40,000 nt of DNA from Vibrio gangliei (lineage in GTDB: Bacteria > Pseudomonadota > Gammaproteobacteria > Enterobacterales > Vibrionaceae), in NCBI RefSeq assembly GCF_026001925.1, contig NZ_AP021871.1, positions 6,137 to 46,136 on the forward strand, read 5' to 3'. The translations under genes and the position numbers were made by a program. Shown here one piece after another: positions 8,440 through 17,439 of the stretch (the stretch's first letter is position 1; the number at the start of each line of letters is the position of its first letter). The notes beneath the pieces were generated by a model. The model worked only from the letters and a program-made list of their open reading frames with translations, did no database searches and was not told where the DNA came from.

Positions 8440-8988
8440 ATGAAAAAATTCCTCTCTGTAATCATCGCAATTTGCGTTGGAAGTTCGGCCTATGCTGCCG
8501 ATATTGAATCAATGCCAACACAAAGCAATAATCATACAAATATTAGTGTTTCTGCGAATACAAGCGAAAGCAACTGGAAGAAGTCACCAAAACCCACCAG
8601 TAAAAATAATGGCGGTGTATGGGGCACTAGCACTGCAAACAGTCAATCCGCTTCATTTCCATCAGGGGCAAAAGCCGTTTCAATTATCACGGCTTACTCT
8701 AAAAATGCAGATAATAGTTATGCTTCAAATTTGCAACCATACTCCCAAGCCTTTTCTGGCACCTTCGCAGTACCAACATCAGGAACAAAAACCTACACAG
8801 TAGGCACTATGAGATATGCGGTTTGCTCAGGTGGTGCTCATGGTGGTGCATCATGCACTCAAAAAAGTATCGATTGTAAGGTTTCCGTATCTTCAACACG
8901 AATAAATCTGATTGGTAATGCGAATACAGGTTTGAGCGGAACCAAGTATTGCTTCCCAAATATCAGGGTTGTGACTTATTACCGATAA
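8440..8988 (+). CDS. Secreted protein, paralogue C of the QSNNH family (unknown function)
   Basis: Signal peptide ends AYA. Mature N-terminus is ADIESMPTQSNNHTNISVSANTSESNWKKSPKPTS. The C-terminal region is unrelated to paralogues A and B. Confidence 0.65.
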   Translation: MKKFLSVIIAICVGSSAYAADIESMPTQSNNHTNISVSANTSESNWKKSPKPTSKNNGGVWGTSTANSQSASFPSGAKAVSIITAYSKNADNSYASNLQPYSQAFSGTFAVPTSGTKTYTVGTMRYAVCSGGAHGGASCTQKSIDCKVSVSSTRINLIGNANTGLSGTKYCFPNIRVVTYYR

Positions 8989-9013
8989 GTTCCACTTCGG
9001 GTTAAACGTGGAT

Positions 9014-9025
9014 AACCACCTAATT
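9014..9025 (+). promoter_or_regulatory. Shared upstream motif AACCACCTAATT
   Basis: Copy of the AACCRYCTAAWT motif, 63 nt (motif end to start codon) upstream of the first gene of the mating-pair-formation operon. Confidence 0.45.
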
Positions 9026-9053
9026 TTGCCCCGAATTCAATCTACAAATAACC

Positions 9054-9087
9054 TATCGCCATGTTTTATCACATGGCGATTTTTTTT
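9054..9087 (+). terminator. Strong intrinsic terminator-like hairpin plus T8 run abutting the 9088 start codon
   Basis: ATCGCCATG / CATGGCGAT 9-bp stem with an 8-nt loop, then TTTTTTTT, then ATG. Confidence 0.7.
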
Positions 9088-9399
9088 ATGAAAAGAACAG
9101 CAATATCGAGTGGTTTGCTTTTTCTTTTGCTATCGGCACCGGCATTAGCAATGAGCAGCAATAACTCAAAAGAACCTGACATTATCCGCGAGCGGATGGG
9201 GTTAGAAGTGATTGAGTCACAACTTGGCAAAATCATTGAGCACAGTGAAAGTTTAAAAACATACTCCGATCAGTCAGCTAACCGAAAATTTAATTACCAA
9301 GCCTTTGAGATTCAAATCAAGAATCTTCAAGACCAAATAACCGAGTACCTTGAGCACCCTCCATTGCCGCGAGGCGTTGATGCGCTTCAGGAGAAATAA
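9088..9399 (+). CDS. Secreted small protein at the RAQPRD-family position of MPF-G transfer modules
   Basis: Signal peptide MKRTAISSGLLFLLLSAPALA. The C-terminal PPLPRGVD sits where family members carry RAQPRD. The track start at 9061 lies inside the terminator hairpin and is rejected. Confidence 0.45.
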   Translation: MKRTAISSGLLFLLLSAPALAMSSNNSKEPDIIRERMGLEVIESQLGKIIEHSESLKTYSDQSANRKFNYQAFEIQIKNLQDQITEYLEHPPLPRGVDALQEK

Positions 9400-9401
9400 C
9401 T

Positions 9402-9635
9402 ATGTCAAAGACTGTTGATGCTTGGAATGAAACTGTAGTTGGCCTTGCTAGCTCAGACACTATCGCAACAATCATCGGGCTTACATACTTTGGAGGAATG
9501 CTTTTGTTAGGAGCGTACTTATTTAGTGGCATGTTTGATTCATACAAGAAGAAAACTCTGACACAAAATGAGGCCATGTGGTACTTGATTCGCTACTTCA
9601 CTTTATTGATTTTCACTACATATTATTTTTTATAA
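9402..9635 (+). CDS. Small two-TM membrane protein (TIGR03758 / DUF3262 position)
   Basis: 77 aa with two hydrophobic helices and a good AGGAG RBS. Assignment is from synteny only. Confidence 0.45.
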   Translation: MSKTVDAWNETVVGLASSDTIATIIGLTYFGGMLLLGAYLFSGMFDSYKKKTLTQNEAMWYLIRYFTLLIFTTYYFL

Positions 9636-9645
9636 GGCATTAATA

Positions 9646-10020
9646 ATGAAAGCAATTATTAACAAATCTCAATCAATCCTAAGAGGTGTCTGTATTGGAC
9701 TTTATGCCTCTATATCAACAAGCTCGTTTGCTGCTGATTTGCCAACTATTGATATTCAAGGTGGTGGTTCAACTGACTACGTTGCAACTACAAAAAACAT
9801 CATTTGGAGCCTATTAGCTTTGGGCGCAATGATTGTCGTTGCAAAACTATTCTTTTCTGCGGTCGATGGCGTATTAACAAAATTCAACGAATGGAAGCAA
9901 AAGCAAGCCACTATTGCTGAGCTTATTGGGATGGTGCTGTTAGCGGTTGGCCTATTAATGGGCGGTGTATTCTTACTAACGCAGCTAAGTGACTCACTAG
10001 GTTTAGATTTCTCATTCTAA
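9646..10020 (+). CDS. Membrane protein, candidate conjugative pilin-like subunit (TIGR03745 / PFL_4702 position)
   Basis: Signal peptide ending SFA, followed by two TM helices. The VirB2/TraA-like architecture and the synteny both fit. Confidence 0.5.
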   Translation: MKAIINKSQSILRGVCIGLYASISTSSFAADLPTIDIQGGGSTDYVATTKNIIWSLLALGAMIVVAKLFFSAVDGVLTKFNEWKQKQATIAELIGMVLLAVGLLMGGVFLLTQLSDSLGLDFSF

Positions 10021-10034
10021 GGGAAAGTTAAAGC

Positions 10035-10436
10035 ATGGCAGATGAAGAACAAACCATTCAAGTGATTTTAGACAACCTAGATGAAGCGCCACCAATCTTA
10101 AAGGGATTAAGTGGTACGGAGTTTGGGTTGCTATGCGCATCAAGTGTAGGGGTATCGGCAATTATAGGGGCGTTAATCTTATTTTTTGTTAACCCAACCT
10201 ACTCAATACTTGGGCTTGTTATTGGTAGTGGGGCGGGCTTCATCATTGCATGGAAATTAGCTGGCTATATCGGTGTAAAGAAGCAAGGAACTCCAAGCTA
10301 TCTTTTTTGGGGGTTAATTATGAGGCACGTACAGACAAAAGGGATAAACCTTTTATTCACTCGCCTAAAAGTGAATTTCGGATTTATACCAACTCAAATC
10401 TGGGACAATTGCTCACATAAAGATGGTGAAAAATAA
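10035..10436 (+). CDS. Membrane protein (TIGR03750 position)
   Basis: 133 aa with two adjacent TM helices. Assignment is from synteny only. Confidence 0.45.
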   Translation: MADEEQTIQVILDNLDEAPPILKGLSGTEFGLLCASSVGVSAIIGALILFFVNPTYSILGLVIGSGAGFIIAWKLAGYIGVKKQGTPSYLFWGLIMRHVQTKGINLLFTRLKVNFGFIPTQIWDNCSHKDGEK

Positions 10437-10438
10437 CA

Positions 10439-11119
10439 ATGACAAATTCAAACTCAAATAAAAAAGAGAAGTTCAATTTAAAGGATGTGTTTTCGTTTAG
10501 GTTTCGTTCGTTACCGAAGCGCTATTACAAAGCAGAAAAGGAAACAGAGGCACATATCTGGACTCTTAGAGGCGTGGGTTTAGGTTTATTTGTGATCATA
10601 ATGGGCTGCCTATATGCGATAGGCCAAATGCCATCGCAAATCCCTTTGTACCAAACCCCAAACCTAGAAACCGGTTCAACGCGAAAAATTCAAGACGTAC
10701 CGCCTTATGCCGTTTACAGCACGGCTTTGTATTTATGGCAGACGATAAATAAAGCAGACAACTTGGCTGTTGATTACCCGAAAAATATTACCCGCTACGG
10801 GAATTATATTGCACCTGAGTTCCAGAAGGTTTTATTGAAAAACTTCAATGCAGAGCGCGGGGAAAAAACCAACGTTGAACGCAGAGTTAATGAAAAAACA
10901 GGCACCACATGGACTGAAGATAACCGAATCATAAACCTAGGTAATAAAAAATGGGTTGTGTATTTGGATATAACCATCACGGAGCGATTGAATAGCCAAG
11001 TGATTAGAAACTCAAGTTTTCGCTACCCGATATTAGTTCAGCAAGTTGATTTCGATCCTGCAACTAACCCAACAGGTATGCAGTTAATTGGTTACTACGG
11101 CAATGTTGAGCGTCTATAA
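10439..11119 (+). CDS. Single-TM transfer protein (TIGR03746 position)
   Basis: 226 aa, with N-terminal TM GVGLGLFVIIMGCLYAIG and a periplasmic domain. Assignment is from synteny. Confidence 0.45.
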   Translation: MTNSNSNKKEKFNLKDVFSFRFRSLPKRYYKAEKETEAHIWTLRGVGLGLFVIIMGCLYAIGQMPSQIPLYQTPNLETGSTRKIQDVPPYAVYSTALYLWQTINKADNLAVDYPKNITRYGNYIAPEFQKVLLKNFNAERGEKTNVERRVNEKTGTTWTEDNRIINLGNKKWVVYLDITITERLNSQVIRNSSFRYPILVQQVDFDPATNPTGMQLIGYYGNVERL

Positions 11120-11129
11120 GGAAGAACAA

Positions 11130-11993
11130 ATGAAACGATTGATTACCTTTCTCCTTATCGCATTGATGCCTTTTGTTGCCAATGCTACCACTGCCTATGA
11201 GTGGGATGGAAAGCCGATAAAAGTAATGCTCGAAGTCGGTAAAGAGCGCGTTATTCGCTTTACTGACAATATTCAATACCGGTTCCCTAAAGAGGCTGTA
11301 AATAGTGTCGAAATGTCCACTAGCGCAGGGATACTCTATATAACACCGAAAGCCGTTCTTGAAGATTTACCATTGGACGTCAAGTTGAACGAATCAGGTG
11401 AGATTATTCGAATTAGGCTCACAGCCGTGGCAGAGCCACAGGATTTGGATGAAGTTCGAATAACGCCTCCTATTGAAAAACAGAAAAAAACTGAATTTGC
11501 TCAAAGCGAATCGGTCATGGCACCAAATGGTGACTTTTCAAATCACAACGAAGGCGATCCGGTTGCATTGGTACGTTATGCGGCTATGCGTGATCTAATG
11601 CCTAAGCGACTTTGGAAAACCGTTCCGTCTATTGCGTCAGTACCGTACCCAAAAAACCTAAATATCGATCAATTGTTTTCAGGTCGAATGGCGGAGGTAC
11701 TTAAATCCAAAATTACGGCTAGCTACAGAAGTGGAAATTTGGTTCTAACGTCAATTGTCGTTAAGAACGTGACGCCATATCCGGTAGCGATTGATTTCCG
11801 AGATATAACAATTGATACCGAATTTGTCTCAGTGCCAAAACCATACTACACGTTAGCAGCGAAAGACGATGTTGATCAGGGTGACTATGGCGTAATTTAC
11901 ATTATCACCAGAGGGGCATTCCTTCCTCACATGTTGAAAGTAGATCCGAACGCTTTACCTAAACCAAAAGACAATGAGAAAGGAGAAGCGTAA
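11130..11993 (+). CDS. Periplasmic transfer protein (TIGR03749 position)
   Basis: The internal ATG at 11130 gives signal peptide MKRLITFLLIALMPFVANA. The track start at 11088 overlaps the previous gene. Confidence 0.45.
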   Translation: MKRLITFLLIALMPFVANATTAYEWDGKPIKVMLEVGKERVIRFTDNIQYRFPKEAVNSVEMSTSAGILYITPKAVLEDLPLDVKLNESGEIIRIRLTAVAEPQDLDEVRITPPIEKQKKTEFAQSESVMAPNGDFSNHNEGDPVALVRYAAMRDLMPKRLWKTVPSIASVPYPKNLNIDQLFSGRMAEVLKSKITASYRSGNLVLTSIVVKNVTPYPVAIDFRDITIDTEFVSVPKPYYTLAAKDDVDQGDYGVIYIITRGAFLPHMLKVDPNALPKPKDNEKGEA

Positions 11994-13466
11994 ATGAATA
12001 GCACTCTTAAAATCGTCATTTTTGTCTTAGTTGTTGTGTTGGGTTTCATTTTATTTTCTTCTTCCGATGAACCTAAGCCAGTAAAGGTATCTATTGGGGC
12101 ACCGGAAAGCACTACATCAACGAACGATACTCGCACAGACAACGAGCAACTAAACACCCTTGTTGCACTAATGGACGGCCAGAAAAACGAGATGAAATCG
12201 ATGCAAAATGAGCTGGCCAAATTAAAGCAAGAAAAAAGCTCAAAGGCTCAGAAAGTCGATGATGAAGCCGTTGCAGATAAAGTGATCAGTAAATTAAAAG
12301 AAAGTGGCGAACTAAACATTGCAGGGAAAGTAGAAAAAGAGCTTTTAACCGTCAAAAACCAAATGAAAAATTTGATGGGTAAAGAACTCGATGACGATGG
12401 CTTAGATAGAAATGACTTTGGCATTAGCAATTCGAAACCAATTAGCTTAGGTGGTGGATCTCTGAGTGATGAACCTCAACTTGATAAGCCTATTAGTTCA
12501 AACAAACCTGTTAAAACCAGCTCATACCAACCACAAAAAGACTTCAATGGTTGGTACGTTGGTGATGACGTGTCGGTTAACACCAAAAGTGGAGAAGTGT
12601 CGATTGCACTAACCAAAGATGAAGTAATGAAACGAAACTTTGGTATCCATACACCGGCTAAAAAAGCCGAACAATTAGATGAAAACGGGCAGCCTGAAAA
12701 AGATCCCGTAATCCCATTTGCCACTATTCCGCAAGAGGCCACATTAACGGATGCCGTTACTATGTCAGCACTGTTAGGGCGCATACCAGTAGGCGGAAAG
12801 CTCGTTGACCCCTATGAATTTAAAGTATTAGTTGGCTCTGAAAACCTAGCGGCTAATGGCTTATATATTCCAAACATAGATCGAATTGTTATGCGCGGTG
12901 TAGCAAAAGGGGATTACACCGGTCAATGTGCCTCGGGTGATATTGTTGCCGCTACGTTCGTCTTTAAAGATGGTCGAATTAAGACAATCAATGCCGGAGA
13001 TATGGGCGATGATAATAATGACTATGAATCTTCAGGTACGGTAACTAAAACTCGCCTAGGCTGGATTTCAACAAGAGGCGGTGTTCCTTGCCTTAGTGGT
13101 GAATATATCAGTGACGCACCCAAATTTATCGCTCTACAAGGTGGTTTAAGTGCGCTTGGTGCTGTTGCTGAGGGTTACGCAACGGCAGCTACATCTAACA
13201 CAGGGACAGGAGAGGATCGCGAGTCTTATGTTAATGATGCGGGGCAATATGCAGCAGGCAAAGGCTTTTCTGAAATGACCTCAACTACAACCGATTGGAT
13301 TAATGACATTAAAGAATCGGCATTTGGACTCGTATATTTGCCAACAAATCAGAATGTAGATATTCATATCACTAAAGAGTTGCGCATCGATTATCACGAG
13401 AAAGGGCGCAAGATTTCGTACTCATTCAATAATGGAAATGGTTATGTCAAAAGCAGTATTGATTAG
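11994..13466 (+). CDS. Bitopic coiled-coil transfer protein (TIGR03752 / PFL_4705 position)
   Basis: N-terminal TM, a charged coiled-coil region and a conserved-looking C-terminal domain. RBS is AGGAGAAG. Assignment is from synteny. Confidence 0.5.
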   Translation: MNSTLKIVIFVLVVVLGFILFSSSDEPKPVKVSIGAPESTTSTNDTRTDNEQLNTLVALMDGQKNEMKSMQNELAKLKQEKSSKAQKVDDEAVADKVISKLKESGELNIAGKVEKELLTVKNQMKNLMGKELDDDGLDRNDFGISNSKPISLGGGSLSDEPQLDKPISSNKPVKTSSYQPQKDFNGWYVGDDVSVNTKSGEVSIALTKDEVMKRNFGIHTPAKKAEQLDENGQPEKDPVIPFATIPQEATLTDAVTMSALLGRIPVGGKLVDPYEFKVLVGSENLAANGLYIPNIDRIVMRGVAKGDYTGQCASGDIVAATFVFKDGRIKTINAGDMGDDNNDYESSGTVTKTRLGWISTRGGVPCLSGEYISDAPKFIALQGGLSALGAVAEGYATAATSNTGTGEDRESYVNDAGQYAAGKGFSEMTSTTTDWINDIKESAFGLVYLPTNQNVDIHITKELRIDYHEKGRKISYSFNNGNGYVKSSID

Positions 13467-13839
13467 TTTGCTAACTTTGGTTTTAGCAGCCTGTAGCGCC
13501 CCAAAAAGAGAGGAACCTGTATTTCCCGAGCCAGAAATGACCACTAAAGAGGTTTATGACGGCCAAGGGAAAAGTGATGCAGATTTTGCTCGCAGTGTGT
13601 TGCGCAGACCGACTACCGAAACCGAAAACAGCATAGATCCATACATGCTGCATAACACACCAAGAACGCATTATCTGATGCTAGACAATCCGACAATGTA
13701 TTTGTTTGTAAATACACATATTTCGACCGAGTACCGGATTCCAATTCCAGCATACATAACCGAGTTTAAATTACTTGAGCGTGACGAATACGCCCTGCCA
13801 AGTGAAAGCAATTTAACAAACTGGGAAGCTAACAAATGA
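13444..13839 (+). CDS. Transfer-region lipoprotein (TIGR03751 position)
   Basis: Lipobox LVLAAC in MSKAVLISLLTLVLAAC. Its stop overlaps the ATPase start (ATGA). Confidence 0.55.
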   Translation: MSKAVLISLLTLVLAACSAPKREEPVFPEPEMTTKEVYDGQGKSDADFARSVLRRPTTETENSIDPYMLHNTPRTHYLMLDNPTMYLFVNTHISTEYRIPIPAYITEFKLLERDEYALPSESNLTNWEANK

Positions 13840-16658
13840 TTGCATCAATAGCTGAAGCATTAGGCATAAAGAAACGAGAAGTCACTCAAAGTGATGTAGA
13901 AAAACTCTATGAACGCAGCCTACCAAGTTTTGTTGATTTACTGCCTTACTCTGGTTATGACGAAGACAGTGGTACTTTTATCCTAGAAGACGGCTTTAGT
14001 CGCGCTAAAGTGTTTACTGTTGAGCCACTACCGACTGAGGGGCGCAGCATTGCGACTCTTGTTAAATACCGTGAAAAAATGAAAGAGTTCATCGAAACCT
14101 TTGAAGAACAGTTCATTGATAATGGTCAGTGGGTAATTCAGCAATTTAGCTATGACGATCCTCGAATTGACAAATTAGCCGACCAAATTGCTGATTATTG
14201 TAAGCCTCATGCTGCTGGAACTGAGTTTACGAATCAATACATTGCGGAGATGCGTAGACACCTGAAAGGTATTAGCTCTAATACCGATGGTATTTTCTTT
14301 GATGATGAAGTAACGAACGCCCCTTGGGTTGGACGTTACCGAAGAATGAAGCTGGTGGTTTACAGACGTTGTAGTAATGGTGATCTGCGAAACAAACGAT
14401 TCTGTCCTGCTCAAGAAATTAATCAGCTAGTAGACCGAGCCAAAAAGATTCTGGAGAACGGTGGTTACAAGCTCAAAGAAGATGACTCAAAAGAGTTCTT
14501 TTCATGGCTAGTGCGAATCTTTAATCCGAATCCAGACATGCAAGACAAAGAGGGCTTTTACCGCTTATATGAAAATATCATAGAGCGTGAAGCTTCAGGG
14601 GAGCTTCCGATTAAAGGAGCTCTTTGTGAAGCTTTAGTCGCTAATCCACCGCGTTCTGACGTAGAAGAAAATTGTTGGTATTTTGACGGTGTGCCAAGTC
14701 GTTTTATTCGGATAGCAGGAAGTCGCAGACCGCCTCGCATTGGCCAGCTAACCGGTGAGGTGAGTGAGGGAGAGGGTGAAAACCTAAAGTCTGAGTGTTC
14801 ACTTGATAAATTACCGCCAAATTCCATATTGGCCTCAACAACGGTGATCTGCCCTCAGACCGAGTTTGAAGCGTTATTACAAAAGCAATCTAGTAAAGCT
14901 TATGGTGACGGCATGGCCGCAGATAGGAAACTAGAAGACTTAGAAAATGCTTCTAATGCTATGGGGCGTAATGACAAAATTGTTCGTAATTTTACCGGTG
15001 TTTATGTACGCGGGAAAAATGAAGATGACTTGCGTGTGGCGACAAACCAAGCGATAACGATTCTTCATAGTTGTGGCTTAAAACCACTACTTGAGCGAGA
15101 AGATGCCTATGGACTCAGAGCATACTTGCTTGCGCTACCAATGTTTTTTAATCCCAAGCATGACAAAAAATTCACCTATCACAAACCAACATGGGCACAG
15201 CATGTAGCGAACTTGAGTTACGCCTATGGACGCGATGAAGGAACTGGAAACCCAAACTTTGCTTGGTTTAATCGTGGTGGCTCACCCTTAACCGTAGATC
15301 CGTTAAATAAGAAAGATAGAGCATCAAATAGCTTTGGAGTTGTCTTAGGAGCCCCTGGCTCTGGTAAGTCAGCAACCTCTTGTGCGCTTGCTTCACAAAT
15401 TATGGCTGTGCATAGACCAAAGATGTTTATTGTAGAAAAAGGTAACTCATTCGGGCTTACCGGTGATTACATGAAGCGTCATGGCCTAAACGTGAAGCGT
15501 TTGGTATTCACACCTAAGTCAGATACTACGCTGTCATTGTTTGCTGAAGCATCAAGCCTATTATCCAATGAAGATAATGACATTATCGATATGGTTAATA
15601 ATGTGGGCGGCATGGAAACGATTTTCGACTCCAAGAAAGATTTAGAGGAGTTTGAAAGCGCACCTGATGAGGAGATTGAGCGTGACATAATTGGCGAGCT
15701 AGAAATGATTGCCTTACTTATGATCACCGGTGGCGAAAAAATTGAATACGAAATGTATAGACGTGCCGATCGTCAAATGCTGCGAAAAGCTATTATTTTG
15801 GCGGCTAAGATTGCTCATGAAGAAAAGTGTCCATGTTTACCTAGACACATCTTAGCAGCGCTTGAGCGAGTCGCTAGAGGCGAAGACTTTGGAGCTGATA
15901 TAGATGAGGAAAAGCGCAAGAAAGCTCGTGAAATGGCTGGCGCACTGGGTCTATGGTGTGAAGAAGGTAGCTTTGCCAGTCGTGTTTTTAACAATGATGA
16001 GGGTAAACCGCTACCTGATGCCGATGTGGTCATAATTGATGTTGGAGCTTTTGCCGATGAAGGTAAAGAGGCAGAGCTTGCCGTTTTAATGACGGGTATT
16101 TTTCAATACGTAACTATGATTGCTGAACGCGATCAATATACGGGCAATGGAATTTCACTATTTATAGATGAGGCTCACTTACTGACCGTAAACCCATTGT
16201 TAGCGCCATACATTATTAAAATGGTGAAGATGTACCGTAAGTTAGGTGTTAGCCCTTGGTTTATTACACAGAACATTACCGATTTTCCTGATGAGTCTGA
16301 AAAGCTACTCACAATGATCGAATGGTATATCGTCATGCTTGCTTCACCTGATGAGGTGGAAAAAATATCGAAGTACAAATCCTTAACTGAAGATCAGAAA
16401 AGCATGATCGCCTCAAGCAAAAAAGGGGACAACAAGTTCACTGAGGGTGTTGTGCTAAGCAAAAAGGTTCAATCATTATTTCGGGCGGTTCCGCCATCAA
16501 TATTCCTCACACTCAGTATGACTGAAAAAGAAGAAAAGGAGCAGCGATACAAGGTCATGTCCGAACTGAAATCCGAAGGTAAACCTTACACCGAATTAGA
16601 TGCTGCAATAGAAATGGCAAGACGTTTGGATAAATTACGGAATATTGGCAATGCTTAA
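13836..16658 (+). CDS. Conjugative transfer ATPase, VirB4/TraC type (PFL_4706 / TIGR03744-like)
   Basis: 940 aa. Walker A GAPGSGKS and Walker B LFIDEAH. The N-terminal LPSFVDLLPY..DEDSGTFILEDG..EPLPTEGRS resembles the MPF-G TraC N-terminus as I recall it. Confidence 0.85.
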   Translation: MIASIAEALGIKKREVTQSDVEKLYERSLPSFVDLLPYSGYDEDSGTFILEDGFSRAKVFTVEPLPTEGRSIATLVKYREKMKEFIETFEEQFIDNGQWVIQQFSYDDPRIDKLADQIADYCKPHAAGTEFTNQYIAEMRRHLKGISSNTDGIFFDDEVTNAPWVGRYRRMKLVVYRRCSNGDLRNKRFCPAQEINQLVDRAKKILENGGYKLKEDDSKEFFSWLVRIFNPNPDMQDKEGFYRLYENIIEREASGELPIKGALCEALVANPPRSDVEENCWYFDGVPSRFIRIAGSRRPPRIGQLTGEVSEGEGENLKSECSLDKLPPNSILASTTVICPQTEFEALLQKQSSKAYGDGMAADRKLEDLENASNAMGRNDKIVRNFTGVYVRGKNEDDLRVATNQAITILHSCGLKPLLEREDAYGLRAYLLALPMFFNPKHDKKFTYHKPTWAQHVANLSYAYGRDEGTGNPNFAWFNRGGSPLTVDPLNKKDRASNSFGVVLGAPGSGKSATSCALASQIMAVHRPKMFIVEKGNSFGLTGDYMKRHGLNVKRLVFTPKSDTTLSLFAEASSLLSNEDNDIIDMVNNVGGMETIFDSKKDLEEFESAPDEEIERDIIGELEMIALLMITGGEKIEYEMYRRADRQMLRKAIILAAKIAHEEKCPCLPRHILAALERVARGEDFGADIDEEKRKKAREMAGALGLWCEEGSFASRVFNNDEGKPLPDADVVIIDVGAFADEGKEAELAVLMTGIFQYVTMIAERDQYTGNGISLFIDEAHLLTVNPLLAPYIIKMVKMYRKLGVSPWFITQNITDFPDESEKLLTMIEWYIVMLASPDEVEKISKYKSLTEDQKSMIASSKKGDNKFTEGVVLSKKVQSLFRAVPPSIFLTLSMTEKEEKEQRYKVMSELKSEGKPYTELDAAIEMARRLDKLRNIGNA

Positions 16659-16923
16659 TACAAAGCTAAATGAATTTAAAAATGCCATTAAAGCCGAATT
16701 AACAACCAATCGCCCTACAAGTGAAATTGTTTTGTTATTGGCTAAAGCATTAATAAAAAATTACAGCGGAAAGTCATTTGATGTTTCAACCGGTGTGTTG
16801 CACAAAATGAGCCGAGAAGAAATTGAATTACTGACGGATTTGGTTCAACTGAATCAGGATGAGATTAGTAATCACAAACAATTATATGATGACTGCGTGA
16901 AATTGGTGTTCTTGAAATCATAA
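16651..16923 (+). CDS. Hypothetical protein
   Basis: ATG overlaps the ATPase 3' end. About 90 aa, helical and charged, with no motif recognised. Confidence 0.45.
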   Translation: MLNTKLNEFKNAIKAELTTNRPTSEIVLLLAKALIKNYSGKSFDVSTGVLHKMSREEIELLTDLVQLNQDEISNHKQLYDDCVKLVFLKS

Positions 16924-16989
16924 GGCACCACCAAATTGGTTTGCGAGCGATGTCGCAAACCATGCGGTAAACTTGTTGGTAAAAGTAGT

Positions 16990-17214
16990 ATGCCGAAGAA
17001 AAAATACACTAAATACGATAAAGAAACACTACAGGCAATATATGACACTCACGGCAGTATAGCCAATGTGTCTAGGGCTCTTGGTGTGACTTATCCAACC
17101 GCACATGCGTGGATGAGAAAGTTTGGCGTAAAGACTAAAAAGCTGGTTATAGGAAACCGCGTTTACCTATTACTGGATTGCAGTGTCGTCATGCACGCGA
17201 GTACATCCAATTAA
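16990..17214 (+). CDS. Small HTH DNA-binding protein
   Basis: MPKKKYTKYDKETLQAIYDTHGSIANVSRALGVTYPTAHAWMRKFGV is a resolvase/terminase-type HTH. The TTG start at 16936 in the track is less likely. Confidence 0.5.
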   Translation: MPKKKYTKYDKETLQAIYDTHGSIANVSRALGVTYPTAHAWMRKFGVKTKKLVIGNRVYLLLDCSVVMHASTSN

Positions 17215-17378
17215 CACGTATCGAATTTTGCAAAACCGCAGGATTAAGCATTCCACCGGTACTTGAGTTTGAGTTGGGTAAATCGACCCCTCGAAAGAAC
17301 ACGGTTGAGAAAATAATGTCGGTGTTTTTGCGATATGGAATCGTTTTTTCTGAAGATGGAAGCTTTAAAAAGCTTTGA
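17178..17378 (+). CDS. XRE-family HTH protein (start uncertain, no ATG)
   Basis: LQCRHAREYIQLTRIEFCKTAGLSIPPVLEFELGKSTPRKNTVEKIMSVF is a typical XRE/Cro fold signature. The frame is open from 17139 and overlaps the previous gene by 37 nt. Confidence 0.5.
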   Translation: MQCRHAREYIQLTRIEFCKTAGLSIPPVLEFELGKSTPRKNTVEKIMSVFLRYGIVFSEDGSFKKL

Positions 17379-17439
17379 TCTTAGGGGCGGGAACCTGTGT
17401 GAGTAGATTCATACTAAGTATTAAAGTGTCATACTATAA

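Noticed and set aside
8477-8803. Alternative-frame ORF inside paralogue C, and similar nested ORFs (4560-4748, 36680-36874, 39655-39870, many minus-strand ones)
   Set aside because: They are nested in better-supported genes, lack RBSs and have odd amino-acid composition.
9061-9087. Track start codon at 9061 for the first MPF gene
   Set aside because: The first nine codons would lie within the terminator hairpin and T-run. The signal peptide begins cleanly at the ATG at 9088.
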